NCBI RefSeq assembly: GCF_011745625.1
Contig: NW_027191478.1
Coordinates: 186,001 to 250,000, forward strand
Length of the DNA: 64,000 bases
Direction of reading: 5' to 3'
Source: Cladosporium halotolerans
Taxonomy: Eukaryota
The translations under genes were made by a program, and so were the position numbers. The notes beneath the pieces were generated by a model that saw nothing but the letters and a program-made list of their open reading frames with translations, was not told the DNA's origin and did not search any database. Within the stretch, counting starts at the first letter, position 1; the number at the start of each line of letters is the position of its first letter. This document shows, in pieces, positions 62,869 through 64,000 of the stretch.

Positions 62869-63579
62869 TCAAGCTATCTCCATCGACCCATTAGCATACT
62901 TTGTATGATCGTTCTCTGTCGTCATCTAGCCCACCAACACACGTTAGCAAAACCACCCTTCTCCCTCCCCCAAATCCCAAACCAAAACCAAAAAATACGT
63001 GCACTCACATGCCAAACATCAATCCTCAACCAAAACGTCCCCTCCTCCACCTCCTCCCCCCCATCAACATTACTCAGCACCCCCACAGCAACAACCTCAT
63101 TTAACCAATACAGCTCCCCAACCCCGACCTCAAAAAGCGCCCTCAGCTGCAACCCACCCCCCGGCTGCGCGGGCCCGCTCGTGCGAACAAAGATATCCGT
63201 CCCGTCGTCCGTCCTGAGATTATACCTTGTGTCGGCGCTGAAGACGCCCGTGCGCGGGTCCGTGAGGCCCCAGTCGGCGCCGAGGGGGAGGATGGTTCCT
63301 GGCATGGGGTTAGTAGGGTTAGGGTTGGGGCACCCGGGTTGATTGAGGGGGGTGTGCAGTACCGCTCAGGCGGGGCCCGGTGAAGTTGCCGCCTATGATG
63401 GGGATTGCGGTGCGGGTGCCGAGGGGGCCGGGGGAGCGGTAGAGGGCGTCGCGGCAGTGGACGTAGCTTGTGTAGAGGAAGGTGAGGGGTGGGGCGGGGG
63501 GTTCGGGGAGGGCGGTGGTGTTTTGGGCTGTGGGGAGGAGGGGGAAGGAGAGGAGGGGCAGTAGGGTGGAGAGGTGCAT
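62869..63579 (-). CDS. DUF3237 (UPF0311) family protein with predicted signal peptide
   Basis: MHLSTLLPLLSFPLL.., GPLGTRTAIPIIGGNFTGPRLSG|TILPLGADWG, DTRYNLRTDDG and YWLNEVVAVG. Two introns. Confidence 0.85.
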
Positions 63580-64000
63580 GCTGTTGGACGTGGGTTGGGT
63601 TTGGGATTGATGGGATGTGAGTGTGGGTAGGAGAGTGCTGGGGATCTTTAGTGGAAGTTGATAGAGTGTGTTGGTTGAACAGTAGGCGGCGATATTACGG
63701 CGGCGATGAGACTTATGGAGCACGCCAACTGTCGTGCTGATCTGTTTGAAGCATATTGCTGGGTATATACCTCTATAGCCGACGGGCCGATGTTTTCATC
63801 TAACAACATGACCGGTAGTTGAAGTGCGAAACGTCTGCGGGGTGGGGGTGAACGATCAACCGGCAATTCAAGCGGCTTCGAAATGCGAACAACCTCGCTG
63901 TGCAGATCATCGACCCTTCTGCAGTTGCGCGATCATACGGTCAATGTCCAGAGCAGAATTGCCTGTTGCCTTCGTTCTGAGGTCCTCCAACATATTACGA

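Overview
This is gene-dense euchromatic DNA from a filamentous ascomycete. The evidence is short GT-AG introns with CTRAC branch sites, a dispersed 5S rRNA gene and a Zn2Cys6 factor; Dothideomycete/Mycosphaerellales affinity is my impression only. It holds about 28 protein-coding genes, one 5S rRNA gene and one intron-containing tRNA-Ser(CGA). Housekeeping genes: MSE1, XDJ1-like DnaJ, a short kinesin-3, TUF1, EHD3, MDM10, MRT4, RPL32, a WDR44-like WD40 protein, RNR2, a Tea4/Bud14-like SH3 protein, DMA1 and MAS2. Accessory-looking genes: an amidoligase possibly fused to a MARVEL-like domain, a DUF6594-like protein, an SDR next to a Zn2Cys6 regulator, two orphan secreted repeat proteins, GH43, gluconolactonase, MAPEG and DUF3237. 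No intact transposon or CRISPR array is seen. The best leads are a 753-nt stop-free in-frame intron (exitron candidate) just before the SH3 domain of the Tea4-like gene, a splice-dependent amidoligase-MARVEL fusion, a CTAGCGG array upstream of the SDR, and a secreted Gly/Ser repeat protein with candidate Kex2 sites. All gene models and family calls were made by eye, without database searches.
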